52,462 bases of DNA from an uncultured Erysipelotrichales bacterium (lineage in GTDB: Bacteria > Bacillota_I > Bacilli_A > Erysipelotrichales > Coprobacillaceae): contig CAZQRT010000002.1 in NCBI GenBank assembly GCA_964596105.1, positions 1 through 52,462 of the forward strand. Direction: 5' to 3'. A program made the position numbers and the translations under genes. Under the pieces are notes generated by a model. It saw only the letters and a program-made list of their open reading frames with translations. It searched no databases and had not been told where the DNA came from. Positions 21,208 through 32,200 of the stretch are shown piece after piece. Each line of letters opens with the position of its first letter. The first letter of the stretch is position 1.

Positions 21208-22105
21208 ATTATTAGATGAGTTTATCGATTATTTAACGGTGCAAAAACAGTATTCCGGCGATACCGCGGACGCTTACCGGCGCGATATCAGCGGCCTCAT
21301 CGATTTTATCAGCGCCGAGTCTTTAAACGGCTTTGATGATATGGATGAGGTGGCGATCCGCGACTTTTTAGGCACGCTGTATGATCAAAATCTCGCCCCG
21401 AGCACCATTTCGCGCCATCTCAGCAGCATCCGTTCTTTCTATGACTGGCTTTACCAGAAGCGCATCGTCGCCGACAATCCGTTCCGCCTCGTGTCCAGCC
21501 CCCGTCAGGAAAAGAAGAATCCCGATTTTCTGTTCTATGACGAGATGACGCAGCTTCTCGACAACATCGATGTCAGCGATGATTTAGGCATTCGCAACCG
21601 CGCCATTTTTGAGCTGATGTACGCCTCGGGCCTGAGAGCCGGCGAAGCCGTGGGCTTGAAACTGGGCGATATCGACCGCTCCCGCATGGTTTTGACGATT
21701 CTCGGCAAGGGGGATAAACAGCGCATCGTGCCTTTTCATGAGCTGGCTTTGGAGTGGCTTGACAAGTATATTCAGGATGTCCGGCCGGCGCTGCTGGCGA
21801 AAAGTCACCAGGACACAGATATTGTCTTCTTAAATAAAAACGGGCGGCCTTTGACGACCCGCGGCCTCAGAGATATTCTTGACCGGGTGACAAACGAAAC
21901 CGGGCTCAGCCGCCACATTCACCCCCATACCATCCGCCACACGTTCGCCACCCATCTATTGGACAGCGGGGCGGAGCTGGCCATGGTGCAGAAGATGCTC
22001 GGTCACGAGTCGCTTGCCACCACGGAGATTTACACGCATGTTTCCAAGGAAAAGCTGAAAAGAACATATCAGAAAAGTCATCCTCTCGCGAAAAAAGATC
22101 AGTAA
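21200..22105 (+). CDS. xerC: tyrosine recombinase XerC (CodV-like)
   Basis: The translation shows a phage-integrase fold with R...HxxR...Y ([24 protein letters not shown]). Its position after trmFO matches Bacillus codV. Confidence 0.85.
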   Translation: MRELLDEFIDYLTVQKQYSGDTADAYRRDISGLIDFISAESLNGFDDMDEVAIRDFLGTLYDQNLAPSTISRHLSSIRSFYDWLYQKRIVADNPFRLVSSPRQEKKNPDFLFYDEMTQLLDNIDVSDDLGIRNRAIFELMYASGLRAGEAVGLKLGDIDRSRMVLTILGKGDKQRIVPFHELALEWLDKYIQDVRPALLAKSHQDTDIVFLNKNGRPLTTRGLRDILDRVTNETGLSRHIHPHTIRHTFATHLLDSGAELAMVQKMLGHESLATTEIYTHVSKEKLKRTYQKSHPLAKKDQ

Positions 22106-22131
22106 TGGTCAGCTCATCTGACCATTTTTTC
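22105..22131 (+). terminator. rho-independent terminator
   Basis: The hairpin ATGGTCAG-CTCAT-CTGACCAT is followed by T6. Confidence 0.85.
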
Positions 22132-22134
22132 GTA

Positions 22135-22163
22135 TTGAATTTTTTGGCTGGGTATGCTAGAAT
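22135..22163 (+). promoter_or_regulatory. rpsB promoter (TTGAAT-17-TGcTAGAAT)
   Basis: The -35 lies at 22135-40 and the extended -10 at 22155-63. The leader is ~95 nt. Confidence 0.7.
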
Positions 22164-22264
22164 GGTCAGTGCAAAAAAATACGCACACCGTTTAGTGGGG
22201 CGGCCGGGTGCCATTTGGTGGCCGTGCTAGAAACGGTGGAGGAACAACCAAAGGAGGAAAACAC

Positions 22265-23143
22265 ATGTCAGTTGTTTCGATGAAGAAACTCTTGGAGGTC
22301 GGTGTGCATTTCGGCCACCAGACCAAACGCTGGAACCCGAAGATGGCGCCTTACATCTTCACTTCGCGTAACGGCATCTACATCATCGATCTGCAGAAAA
22401 CGAGCCGTCTGATCGATGAGGCTTATCAGGCCATGAACGCGATCGCCGCCAAGGGCGGCAAGGTGCTGTTTGTCGGCACCAAAAAGCAGGCTCAGGAAGC
22501 GGTCATGGAAGAGGCCATCCGTTCCGGATCTTTCTATGTCAACAGCCGCTGGCTGGGCGGAACGTTAACCAACTTCAAGACCATTCAGCGCCGTATCCGC
22601 CGCCTGAAAGAACTGGAGAAAATGGAGAACGACGGTTCTTTTGATGTCCTGCCGAAAAAGGAAGTCATCAATTTAAGAAAAGAAGCGGCCAAACTGGAGC
22701 GTAACTTGGGCGGTATCAAAGAGATGCGCCGGGTTCCAAACGCCTTGTTTGTGGTTGACCCGAAAGTGGAGCACAACGCCGTCGCCGAAGCGCGGAAACT
22801 GCATATTCCGGTATTCGGTATTGTCGATACCAACTGTGATCCTGATGATGTTGATTATGTCATTCCGGCCAACGATGACGCGATTCGCGCCGTGCGCCTG
22901 ATCGTGGGCACGATGGCCGACGCGATTGTCGAGGCGAAAGGCGGCTCGCTGTCTTACGCTTATGTCAAAGATGAGGATGACAAGGAAGTCAGCATGAATG
23001 ACGCTTTAACGAGCGTGGATAACGCCGCTGAGAAGCGCCGCGCGCCGCGTTACCGTGACGACCGCCCGCGCCGTCCGCGTCCGAATCCTCGCCGTCAGGC
23101 GCCGCAGCAAGAAGAGAACACGGAAACTAAAGGAGAAGAATAA
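22265..23143 (+). CDS. rpsB: 30S ribosomal protein S2 (with charged C-terminal extension)
   Basis: ATG 22265 follows AAAGGAGGAAA. The translation has [19 protein letters not shown]. The protein is 292 aa. Confidence 0.95.
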   Translation: MSVVSMKKLLEVGVHFGHQTKRWNPKMAPYIFTSRNGIYIIDLQKTSRLIDEAYQAMNAIAAKGGKVLFVGTKKQAQEAVMEEAIRSGSFYVNSRWLGGTLTNFKTIQRRIRRLKELEKMENDGSFDVLPKKEVINLRKEAAKLERNLGGIKEMRRVPNALFVVDPKVEHNAVAEARKLHIPVFGIVDTNCDPDDVDYVIPANDDAIRAVRLIVGTMADAIVEAKGGSLSYAYVKDEDDKEVSMNDALTSVDNAAEKRRAPRYRDDRPRRPRPNPRRQAPQQEENTETKGEE

Positions 23144-23144
23144 C

Positions 23145-24032
23145 ATGGCTGTCAATGCTAAATTAGTCAAAGAATTACGGGAAAAAACCGGGGCGGGCAT
23201 GCTCGACTGCAAAAAAGCGCTGGAAGCCACCGACGGCAATATCGAAGCGGCTTTTGACTGGCTGCGAGAAAAAGGCATTGCCAAGGCCGCGAAAAAAGCG
23301 GACCGCATCGCCGCCGAGGGTTTGACGGCTTTTGCCGTTGACAATGATGACGCGGTTATCATCGAGGTCAATTCGGAAACGGATTTCGTCAGCAAAAATC
23401 AGCAGTTCAAAGATCTCGTGGCCGCTATCGCCAGCTGTGTTTTGAAAAATAAACCGGCCACGATGGAAGAGGCTTTGCAGTGCGAGATGGACGGCGAGAC
23501 GCTCAATGACGCCATCATCGCCGCCACCAGCCGCATCGGGGAAAAGATCAGCTTCCGCCGCTTTGCCGTTTTAACCAAAAAAGAAAACCAGACGTTTGGC
23601 GCTTATTCCCATATGGGCGGCCGGATCACCGCGCTTGTGCTGGTGGAAAACGCCACGCCGGAAAAAGCCCGCGATGTCGCGATGCATGTCGCGGCCAGCG
23701 CCCCGCAGTATATCAGCCGTGACGATATCCCGGCCGATGTCCTGGAAAAAGAACGCCACATTCTCCAGACTCAGGCCCTGGAGGAAAACAGCCAGGCCGC
23801 GAAGCCGAAGCCGGAAAATATTGTCGTCAAGATGGTTGAGGGCCGTTTAAACAAGAACCTCGCGGAAATGTGCCTGAATGATCAGGCCTTTGTCAAGGAT
23901 CCGAATCAGAAAATCTCCCAGTATCTGGGTGAGGGCAAGGTCGTTTCCATGGTCAGATACCTGGTGGGCGAGGGCATGCAGAAGCGCGAGGAAAACTTCG
24001 CCGAGGAAGTCGCCGCGCAGATTAAAAAGTAA
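23145..24032 (+). CDS. tsf: elongation factor Ts
   Basis: ATG 23145 follows AAAGGAGAAG. The translation has LVKELREKTGAGMLDCKKAL. Confidence 0.95.
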   Translation: MAVNAKLVKELREKTGAGMLDCKKALEATDGNIEAAFDWLREKGIAKAAKKADRIAAEGLTAFAVDNDDAVIIEVNSETDFVSKNQQFKDLVAAIASCVLKNKPATMEEALQCEMDGETLNDAIIAATSRIGEKISFRRFAVLTKKENQTFGAYSHMGGRITALVLVENATPEKARDVAMHVAASAPQYISRDDIPADVLEKERHILQTQALEENSQAAKPKPENIVVKMVEGRLNKNLAEMCLNDQAFVKDPNQKISQYLGEGKVVSMVRYLVGEGMQKREENFAEEVAAQIKK

Positions 24033-24045
24033 AGTATTTCAAAAA

Positions 24046-24077
24046 AGGACTGATCTTTTGATTAGTTCTTTTTTTTG
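24046..24077 (+). terminator. rho-independent terminator
   Basis: A 10-bp stem (with G-U pairs) AGGACTGATC-TTTT-GATTAGTTCT is followed by T8. Confidence 0.75.
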
Positions 24078-24113
24078 CTCTTTAAAGTGGCATTCATCCG
24101 GAAAAAATGGTAA

Positions 24114-25398
<1,285 letters not shown>

Positions 25399-25408
<10 letters not shown>

Positions 25409-25422
25409 GGACGGTCTTTTTG
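25399..25422 (+). terminator. rho-independent terminator
   Basis: The hairpin GACCGTC-TAGG-GACGGTC is followed by T5. Confidence 0.7.
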
Positions 25423-25424
25423 CT

Positions 25425-25453
25425 TTGTCTATCAACTTAAATCATGTTATAAT
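25425..25453 (+). promoter_or_regulatory. promoter (TTGTCT-17-TGtTATAAT) for uppS-cdsA-dxr-rseP-polC
   Basis: The -35 lies at 25425-30 and the extended -10 at 25445-53. Confidence 0.65.
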
Positions 25454-25477
25454 AGCGATGCTTTTTAGAAAGGAAGG

Positions 25478-26224
25478 ATGACGGTGGCAGAAAAAGAAAA
25501 TGAAATCGCCCTGGATATGGATCGCATCCCGAAACATATTGCCTTCATCATGGACGGCAACGGGCGCTGGGCGAAAGAGCGCAACCGGCCGCGGACATTC
25601 GGTCATCACGAGGGAACGAAAACCGTGCGCCGCATTGCCATGGAAGCCAGCCGGCTGGGCGTGAAGGCGATGACGGTCTATGCTTTTTCCACGGAAAACT
25701 TTAATCGTCCCTCCAGCGAAGTTGATTATATCTTCAAGCTTCCCAAAGAATTTTTTTCTTTATATCTCGGCGAATTAATCGCAAACAATGTCCAGATCCG
25801 CTTTATCGGCCATGTCGAAAAAGCTCCCGAGTCCTGCCGCTCCGTGATTTTTGACGCGGTCCGGCAAACCGCCAAAAACACCGGCATGATTTTGTGCTTC
25901 GCCTTTATTTACGGGGCGCGAAACGAGATCGTCGACGCCGTCAAAGATATCGCTATGGAAGTTCAGGAAGGAACTTTGGATATTTCGGAAATCGATGAGG
26001 ATTTAATGGACAGCTATTTAATGAGCGCGGATCTTCCCCCGGTGGATCTCATGATCCGCACGAGCGGGGAATACCGCCTGTCCAATTTTATGCTGTGGCA
26101 GCTGGCCTACGCGGAACTGTACTTTACCCCGGTATACTGGCCGGATTTTGACGAGGAAGACCTTCATGAGGCGATCCTTTGCTATCAGGGCCGCGAGCGG
26201 CGGTTTGGAGGCATCCGGTCATGA
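25478..26224 (+). CDS. uppS: undecaprenyl diphosphate synthase (isoprenyl transferase)
   Basis: The translation has HIAFIMDGNGRWA, FSTENF.RP and RTSGE.RLSNF.LWQ. Confidence 0.95.
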   Translation: MTVAEKENEIALDMDRIPKHIAFIMDGNGRWAKERNRPRTFGHHEGTKTVRRIAMEASRLGVKAMTVYAFSTENFNRPSSEVDYIFKLPKEFFSLYLGELIANNVQIRFIGHVEKAPESCRSVIFDAVRQTAKNTGMILCFAFIYGARNEIVDAVKDIAMEVQEGTLDISEIDEDLMDSYLMSADLPPVDLMIRTSGEYRLSNFMLWQLAYAELYFTPVYWPDFDEEDLHEAILCYQGRERRFGGIRS

Positions 26225-26985
26225 AACAGCGCGTGATAACCGGGACGGTGCTGGTCCTCGTAGCAATCGTCGCTTTCGGGATCGGCAACGCCCTTCTAAA
26301 AATACTCCTCGCGCTGGTTTTGATCATGGCGATGCATGAGATCTATCAGCTGCGCGATGACATCGGTCCCGTTGAAGAGATTTTGTATGATATCCTCTTT
26401 GTTATTTTGTTTGCCCTTTATGATACCAGCTACCTGTTTAAACCCTGGGCTTATCCTTCGCTTTTGATGATCCTTTTGACGCTGGCGATTATTTTTCAAA
26501 AGCCGAAACTGGACTCGCTCTGTTTAGTTTACACCTTCGGACTGGTGATCACCGGCGGACTTCACGCTTTGATGGCACTGTCGGCCAATTTAGGTTTTCA
26601 CGCCGTCGCGTTTCTGTTTCTCGCCACTTACGGCTGTGACACCGGCGCCTATTTTACCGGCATGCTGATCGGCAAAACCAAATTAACCCCGATTTCTCCT
26701 AAAAAAACTGTGGAAGGGGCACTCGGCGGAATGCTGGCCGGCGTGGCTCTGGCTTTTGTTTATGAACTGATTTTCCCGCTGCCCGATATGGGCCTGGCGC
26801 CGTGGCTGATCGCGCTCATTTTCACGATCACCGGCCAGCTGGGCGATCTCGCCTTCAGTCTGGTGAAACGTAACTATCATATCAAGGATTACTCCAACCT
26901 TCTGCCCGGGCACGGCGGGGTGCTGGACCGCCTGGACAGCCTGTTGTTTAACGCTTTAACCTTCGCGGTGATCTTGAGTCTTTGA
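26221..26985 (+). CDS. cdsA: phosphatidate cytidylyltransferase
   Basis: It overlaps uppS by ATGA. It is a polytopic membrane protein with the C-terminal CDS signature SL.KR...KD.S.L.PGHGG.LDR.DS. Confidence 0.9.
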   Translation: MKQRVITGTVLVLVAIVAFGIGNALLKILLALVLIMAMHEIYQLRDDIGPVEEILYDILFVILFALYDTSYLFKPWAYPSLLMILLTLAIIFQKPKLDSLCLVYTFGLVITGGLHALMALSANLGFHAVAFLFLATYGCDTGAYFTGMLIGKTKLTPISPKKTVEGALGGMLAGVALAFVYELIFPLPDMGLAPWLIALIFTITGQLGDLAFSLVKRNYHIKDYSNLLPGHGGVLDRLDSLLFNALTFAVILSL

Positions 26986-26994
26986 GGTGAAAGC

Positions 26995-28152
26995 ATGAAA
27001 AGCATTATTGTTTTAGGGGCGAGCGGATCGATCGGGCTGCAGAGCATCGATGTCATCGCGGCTCATCCCGATCAGTTTCAGCTCGCCGGGATGGCGGTCG
27101 GTCATAATATCGAGATGCTGGAGCAGATCTTAAACATGATCACCTGCCCCTTCATCAATGTCAGCAGCGCTCACGACGCGGCTTATTTAAAAGAATGCTA
27201 TCCTGATATCACCTTTACCTCCGGTACTGACGGTTTACTGTCACTATGCGCGATGCCGGCCGATATGGTCATCAACGGGATCACCGGTTTCGCCGGGGTG
27301 GCGCCTTCTTTGAAAGTGCTGGAAACCGGCAAATATCTGGCGCTGGCAAACAAGGAGACGATGGTGGTAGCCGGCCCGCTGGTCAAGGCGGTCGCCCGGC
27401 CCGGTCAGATCATCCCGGTCGACAGCGAGCACTCGGCGATTTTTCAGTGTCTTAACGGCGAGAATATGTCCGATGTCGCGCGCCTGATCATCACCGCCAG
27501 CGGCGGCCCGTTTCGCGATAAAACCCCGGCCGAGCTGGAGCATGTGACCAAGGAGGACGCTTTAAAACACCCCAACTGGTCAATGGGCCCGATGATCACC
27601 GTGGACAGCGCCACCATGTTCAATAAGGCCCTGGAAATCATTGAGGCGCACTGGCTTTTTGATATGCCTTATGAAAAAATTGACGTGATCATGCATCCCG
27701 AAAGCATCGTCCATTCGATGGTGGAATTTGTCGATAAAGGAGTTATGGCGCAGCTGGGCATGCCTGATATGCGCATGCCGATTCAGTACGCTCTGACTTA
27801 TCCGGACCGCATGCCGCTAAGGGGCGGTTGTCCGCTGCGCCTGGAAAAACTCGGGAGTCTGACGTTTCGGGCCATGGATCAAAAGCGCTTTAAAGCGATC
27901 AAGATCGCTTATGAGGTCGGCGCGGCTGAGAAAACGTATCCCGCGGTATTAAACGCGGCCAAGGAAGCGGCGACAAAATTATTTTTAGACGATAAAATCG
28001 CGTTTTTAGATATCGAAAAACTCGTCATCGCGGCTTTAAAGGCCCATGAGCCGAAGACGGATCCTGATTATGAGGACTTGCGGCTGGCCGACCAGTGGGC
28101 CCGAAGCTATGTGGAAGGAGTGGAACTGTGCAGATTATCATCAATATCCTGA
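26995..28152 (+). CDS. dxr: 1-deoxy-D-xylulose-5-phosphate reductoisomerase
   Basis: The translation has VLGASGSIG, LANKE, PVDSEHSAIFQ and HPNWSMG. Confidence 0.95.
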   Translation: MKSIIVLGASGSIGLQSIDVIAAHPDQFQLAGMAVGHNIEMLEQILNMITCPFINVSSAHDAAYLKECYPDITFTSGTDGLLSLCAMPADMVINGITGFAGVAPSLKVLETGKYLALANKETMVVAGPLVKAVARPGQIIPVDSEHSAIFQCLNGENMSDVARLIITASGGPFRDKTPAELEHVTKEDALKHPNWSMGPMITVDSATMFNKALEIIEAHWLFDMPYEKIDVIMHPESIVHSMVEFVDKGVMAQLGMPDMRMPIQYALTYPDRMPLRGGCPLRLEKLGSLTFRAMDQKRFKAIKIAYEVGAAEKTYPAVLNAAKEAATKLFLDDKIAFLDIEKLVIAALKAHEPKTDPDYEDLRLADQWARSYVEGVELCRLSSIS

Positions 28153-29213
28153 TCTTCATTTTTATCCTGGGAACCATCATTCTCGTTCATGAATTCGGGC
28201 ATTTCATCACCGCCAAACACTTCGGGGTGTACTGCGCGGAATTCTCGATGGGCATGGGCCCGAGTCTGTGGCATCACAAAAAGGGGGAGACAACCTATCA
28301 TATCCGCCTGTTTCCGATCGGCGGATATGTCGCGATGGCCGGTGAGGACGATCAGGAGGATAATCCCGAACTGGCTGACGTCCCGCCGGAAAGAACCATC
28401 AAAGGGATCAAAACCTGGCAGCAGATCATGGTCATGGGGGCCGGGGTTTTTATGAACTTTGTCCTGGCTATCGTGATTTTATTCGGCCTCAATATGGCGG
28501 CCGGTTCCGTCAGCGTCGATACCAATGAGATCGGCACCATCAGAGATGACGGCGCGGCGGTTACGCTGCGGCTTGAAGCCGGTGATGTCATCACCCATAT
28601 CGAAATGCCGGATTTAAACATCTCCGCCGATATCGCGACCCTCACGGATTTAAAAAATACTTTGACCGAAGCCGGGGAGATTTCGCAGGCTGATCAGAAT
28701 ATCACTATCACCTATGACCGCGACGGGCATACCGCCACCACCAGCGGTCAGGTCTCCTACAATGAGGAACAGCAGGCGTACTATTTAGGCGTCACCGTGC
28801 CGGTGCGCCGTCTCTCGTTTACCGAAGCGGTCCAGTACACTTTCTCGACCGTCTGGGAGATGGCCACGCTGATCTTTACCACCCTGGCCCGTTTGTTCAC
28901 CCATACCAAAGAGACGATCGGCCAGCTTTCCGGACCGGCCGGCATCTACCAGGTGACAAGCCAGATCGCCGCCACGGGGAGCATCATCAATTTACTGTCA
29001 CTGGTAGCGATGCTGTCGATCAATATCGGCGTCTTTAACTTAATGCCGGTGCCGGGTTTGGACGGCGCGCAGATTTTATTTGCTGTCGTGGAAAAAATCA
29101 TCGGTCACCCGATTCCCGTCAAGCTCCGTTACTATTTGCAGATAGCCGGTCTGGCGCTCGTTTTCGGCCTCATGATCGTGGTTACCATTCAGGATCTCGG
29201 CCGGATATTTTAA
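28128..29213 (+). CDS. rseP: RIP (site-2) zinc metalloprotease RseP/RasP
   Basis: GTG 28128 sits 7 nt after GGAAGGAG. The translation has HEFGHF (HExxH), a PDZ-like central part, and NLMPVPGLDG near the C-terminus. Confidence 0.9.
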   Translation: MQIIINILIFIFILGTIILVHEFGHFITAKHFGVYCAEFSMGMGPSLWHHKKGETTYHIRLFPIGGYVAMAGEDDQEDNPELADVPPERTIKGIKTWQQIMVMGAGVFMNFVLAIVILFGLNMAAGSVSVDTNEIGTIRDDGAAVTLRLEAGDVITHIEMPDLNISADIATLTDLKNTLTEAGEISQADQNITITYDRDGHTATTSGQVSYNEEQQAYYLGVTVPVRRLSFTEAVQYTFSTVWEMATLIFTTLARLFTHTKETIGQLSGPAGIYQVTSQIAATGSIINLLSLVAMLSINIGVFNLMPVPGLDGAQILFAVVEKIIGHPIPVKLRYYLQIAGLALVFGLMIVVTIQDLGRIF

Positions 29214-29225
29214 GGAGGAATCGCC

Positions 29226-32200
29226 ATGAACAAAATGGCTGTGCTGTTAAATCAGCTGCAGGTTGAGGAAGACGAACAGTTAGCCGGCGGTGTTTTGAAG
29301 GAGGTAACAGTCGATGAAAATGACTGTTACTCTTTCTTTATCGCATTAGAAGAACCGTTGAGCTTTCAAAAATACATCGCCTTTCAAAAAGCCCTGGCCC
29401 GCTTTCCCTATCCGGCGGAGGCTTTTTTTGAGACGCGCACTCCCTTGTATGTTAAAGACGAGGTGCTGCTGTTTGCCGCTTATTTCGCGAAAATGAATGA
29501 CGCCGCGCAAAATCTGAAAATGGATTATGAGGGCGACACCCTGACCGTTTATGCCGTCAGTGCCGTCCAGAAGCCTGGCCTCGAAGATTTCGCCCAGGCC
29601 CTGGCCGAACAAATGGAACAGGCCGGCTATAAAATTTACTGCCGGATCGCGGTGGATGATCAGGATGAAGACTTTTTAAAACTGAAAGCGGATCTGGAAA
29701 AACCGCAGGATATCCAGGTGGCGCCGGTCAAAAAAGAGGAGCGCCCTGTACGCCGCTATAAAAAAGAGTATGTCGCGACGCCGTTAAAGGCGCTTGACGG
29801 CAGCCAGAAATATGTGAGCGTGGAGGGTTTTATCTTTAAGACGGAGACGGCGAAAACCAAAGCCGGCAAGGCCGCCCAGACCCTGTGGCTCACCGATTAC
29901 GAGGATGCCGTGATGCTGAAAAGATTCGAAGGCCCCAAGTGCAGCCTTGAGGAGATGAACGACTTTGCCAAAGGCAATGTGTATGTCGCGGTGCGCGGCG
30001 AGGTCAGCCACGATAATTACGAGAAGGAACTGGTCATTTATCCCGATGACATCAGTGTGGTGGCGAAACCCGACGCGCGTTTTGATGACGCCGAGAACAA
30101 GCGGATTGAGCTTCATCTTCACACGAACAACTCCGCGATGGACGGCATCAGCGACATCACCTCTTATGTGAAAAGGGCCAGGGAATGGGGTTATGAGGCG
30201 ATTGCCCTGACCGATCACAACAATGTCCAGTCCTTTCCCGAGGCCGAGGCCGCCGCGAAAAAATATCAGATGAAGATGATTTACGGCGTCGAGCTTTCCG
30301 TCATATCCCCCGATCTGGAACTTGTCAAAAACGCGAGGAGCGCGGATTTAAGTCAGGCCGAGTATATTTCCTTCGATCTGGAAACGACAGGCCTGTCCTG
30401 CCAGTTCGATGAGATCACGGAATTCGGGGCCGTCAAGATATCCCGCGGCGAGATCGTCGACCGCTTCCAGACCTTTGTCAAACCATCCGCGCCGATCCCT
30501 GACGCGGTGGTCCGTTTAACCCATATCACCAATGAGATGGTGCGGGACGCTCCTGACATCGCCACTGTCATGCCGGAAATCCTGGCCTTTTTCGGGGATG
30601 ATGTCCTCGTGGCTCATAACGCCGAATTTGATATCGGTTTTATGAATGAGGCCTTAAAGAAAATGGGACGTCCGCCCCTGGCCAATCCTTATATTGACTC
30701 GCTGCCCTTGGCGAGAGCGATGCTGAAGCCGATGAAATCGTACCGCCTGGGCGCGATTGCCCGCGCCTACAAGGTCAGCTATGACGATGAGGTGGCCCAC
30801 CGCGCCGATTACGACGCCGAAGTACTGGGCCGGGTGGTTTTGATGATGTTTCATCAGCTTTTGCAGGAGGGGGTGCGCGACCTGCGAGATCTCAACGCCT
30901 ACTGGGATGTCGACGAGGCCTGCCATCACGCTTACTCCTATCACATGACTGTTTTAGCGAAAAACCAGACCGGTCTCAAGGATCTGTTCAAGCTGGTGAC
31001 GGAAACCAATACCACTTATTTTAACGAGGAGCCGCGGGTTCCTAAAGAGCTGGTCGCCTATTACCGCCAGGAGCTATTGGTCGGGTCGTCGTGCTACAAG
31101 TCGGATGTTTTTGAAGCGGCTTTGAACAGCAGTGACGAGAAGCTGGCTGAGCTTGTTTCCTTTTATGATTATATTGAAATTCAGCCCCTGGAGGATTATG
31201 AGCACGTCGTGGCGCGCGGCAATGCCCGCGATATGGATCGCGTCAGGGCCGCTTTAAAGCGTTTAATCGCGGCCGCCCGCAAACAGAACAAGATCATCGT
31301 CGCCACCGGGGATGTCCATTTTCTTGATCCCGAAGACAAGATTTTCCGGGAGGTTTTCATCACCAACCCGACGATCGGCATCAACCACCGCGCTCATCCC
31401 CTGTGCGACCGCAAAAATCCCCGCGCCGTCAATCCGGACTGCTATTTCCGCACCACCGGGGAAATGCTGGCAAGCTATTCGCGGTGGCTTGATGAAGCGG
31501 AGGCTTATGAGCTGGTCGTCACGAATCCTAAACTTATCGCCGGACAGATTGAAGAGGTCCGCGTCGTGCACGATCAGCTGTACACCCCGGCCATTGCCGG
31601 CGCCGATGAGAAACTCTCCAGCCAGTGCTACGCAACAGCGAAAAAAATGTACGGGGATCCCCTCCCGGACATTGTCGCCAGCCGTCTTGACCGCGAGCTG
31701 AACAGCATCATTAAACACGGCTTTGGTGTCATTTATTATATCGCTTCCCGCCTCGTGCGAAAAAGCAACGAGGACGGTTATCTGGTCGGCTCCCGGGGCT
31801 CGGTGGGATCGAGCCTGGTGGCGACTTTAAGCGGCATTACCGAGGTCAATCCGCTGCCGCCGCATTACCGCTGTCCGCGCTGCGGATACAGCGAGTTTGT
31901 CGATGAAAAGCTTTATCCCGACGGTTTTGATCTGGAACCCAAATTATGCCCGGTCTGCCATGAGCCTCTGATCGGCGACGGGCACAACATTCCTTTTGAG
32001 ACCTTCCTCGGTTTTGACGGCGACAAGGTTCCCGATATTGATTTGAATTTTTCCGGTGATTATCAGTGGCGGGCGCATGATTATACCAAGGTGCTGTTCG
32101 GCGAGGACAAGGTTTACCGGGCCGGCACGATCAATACTGTCGCGAACAAGACCGCCTACGGCTTTGCCCGCGGCTACGGCGAACTGCTGGGGATTGATCA

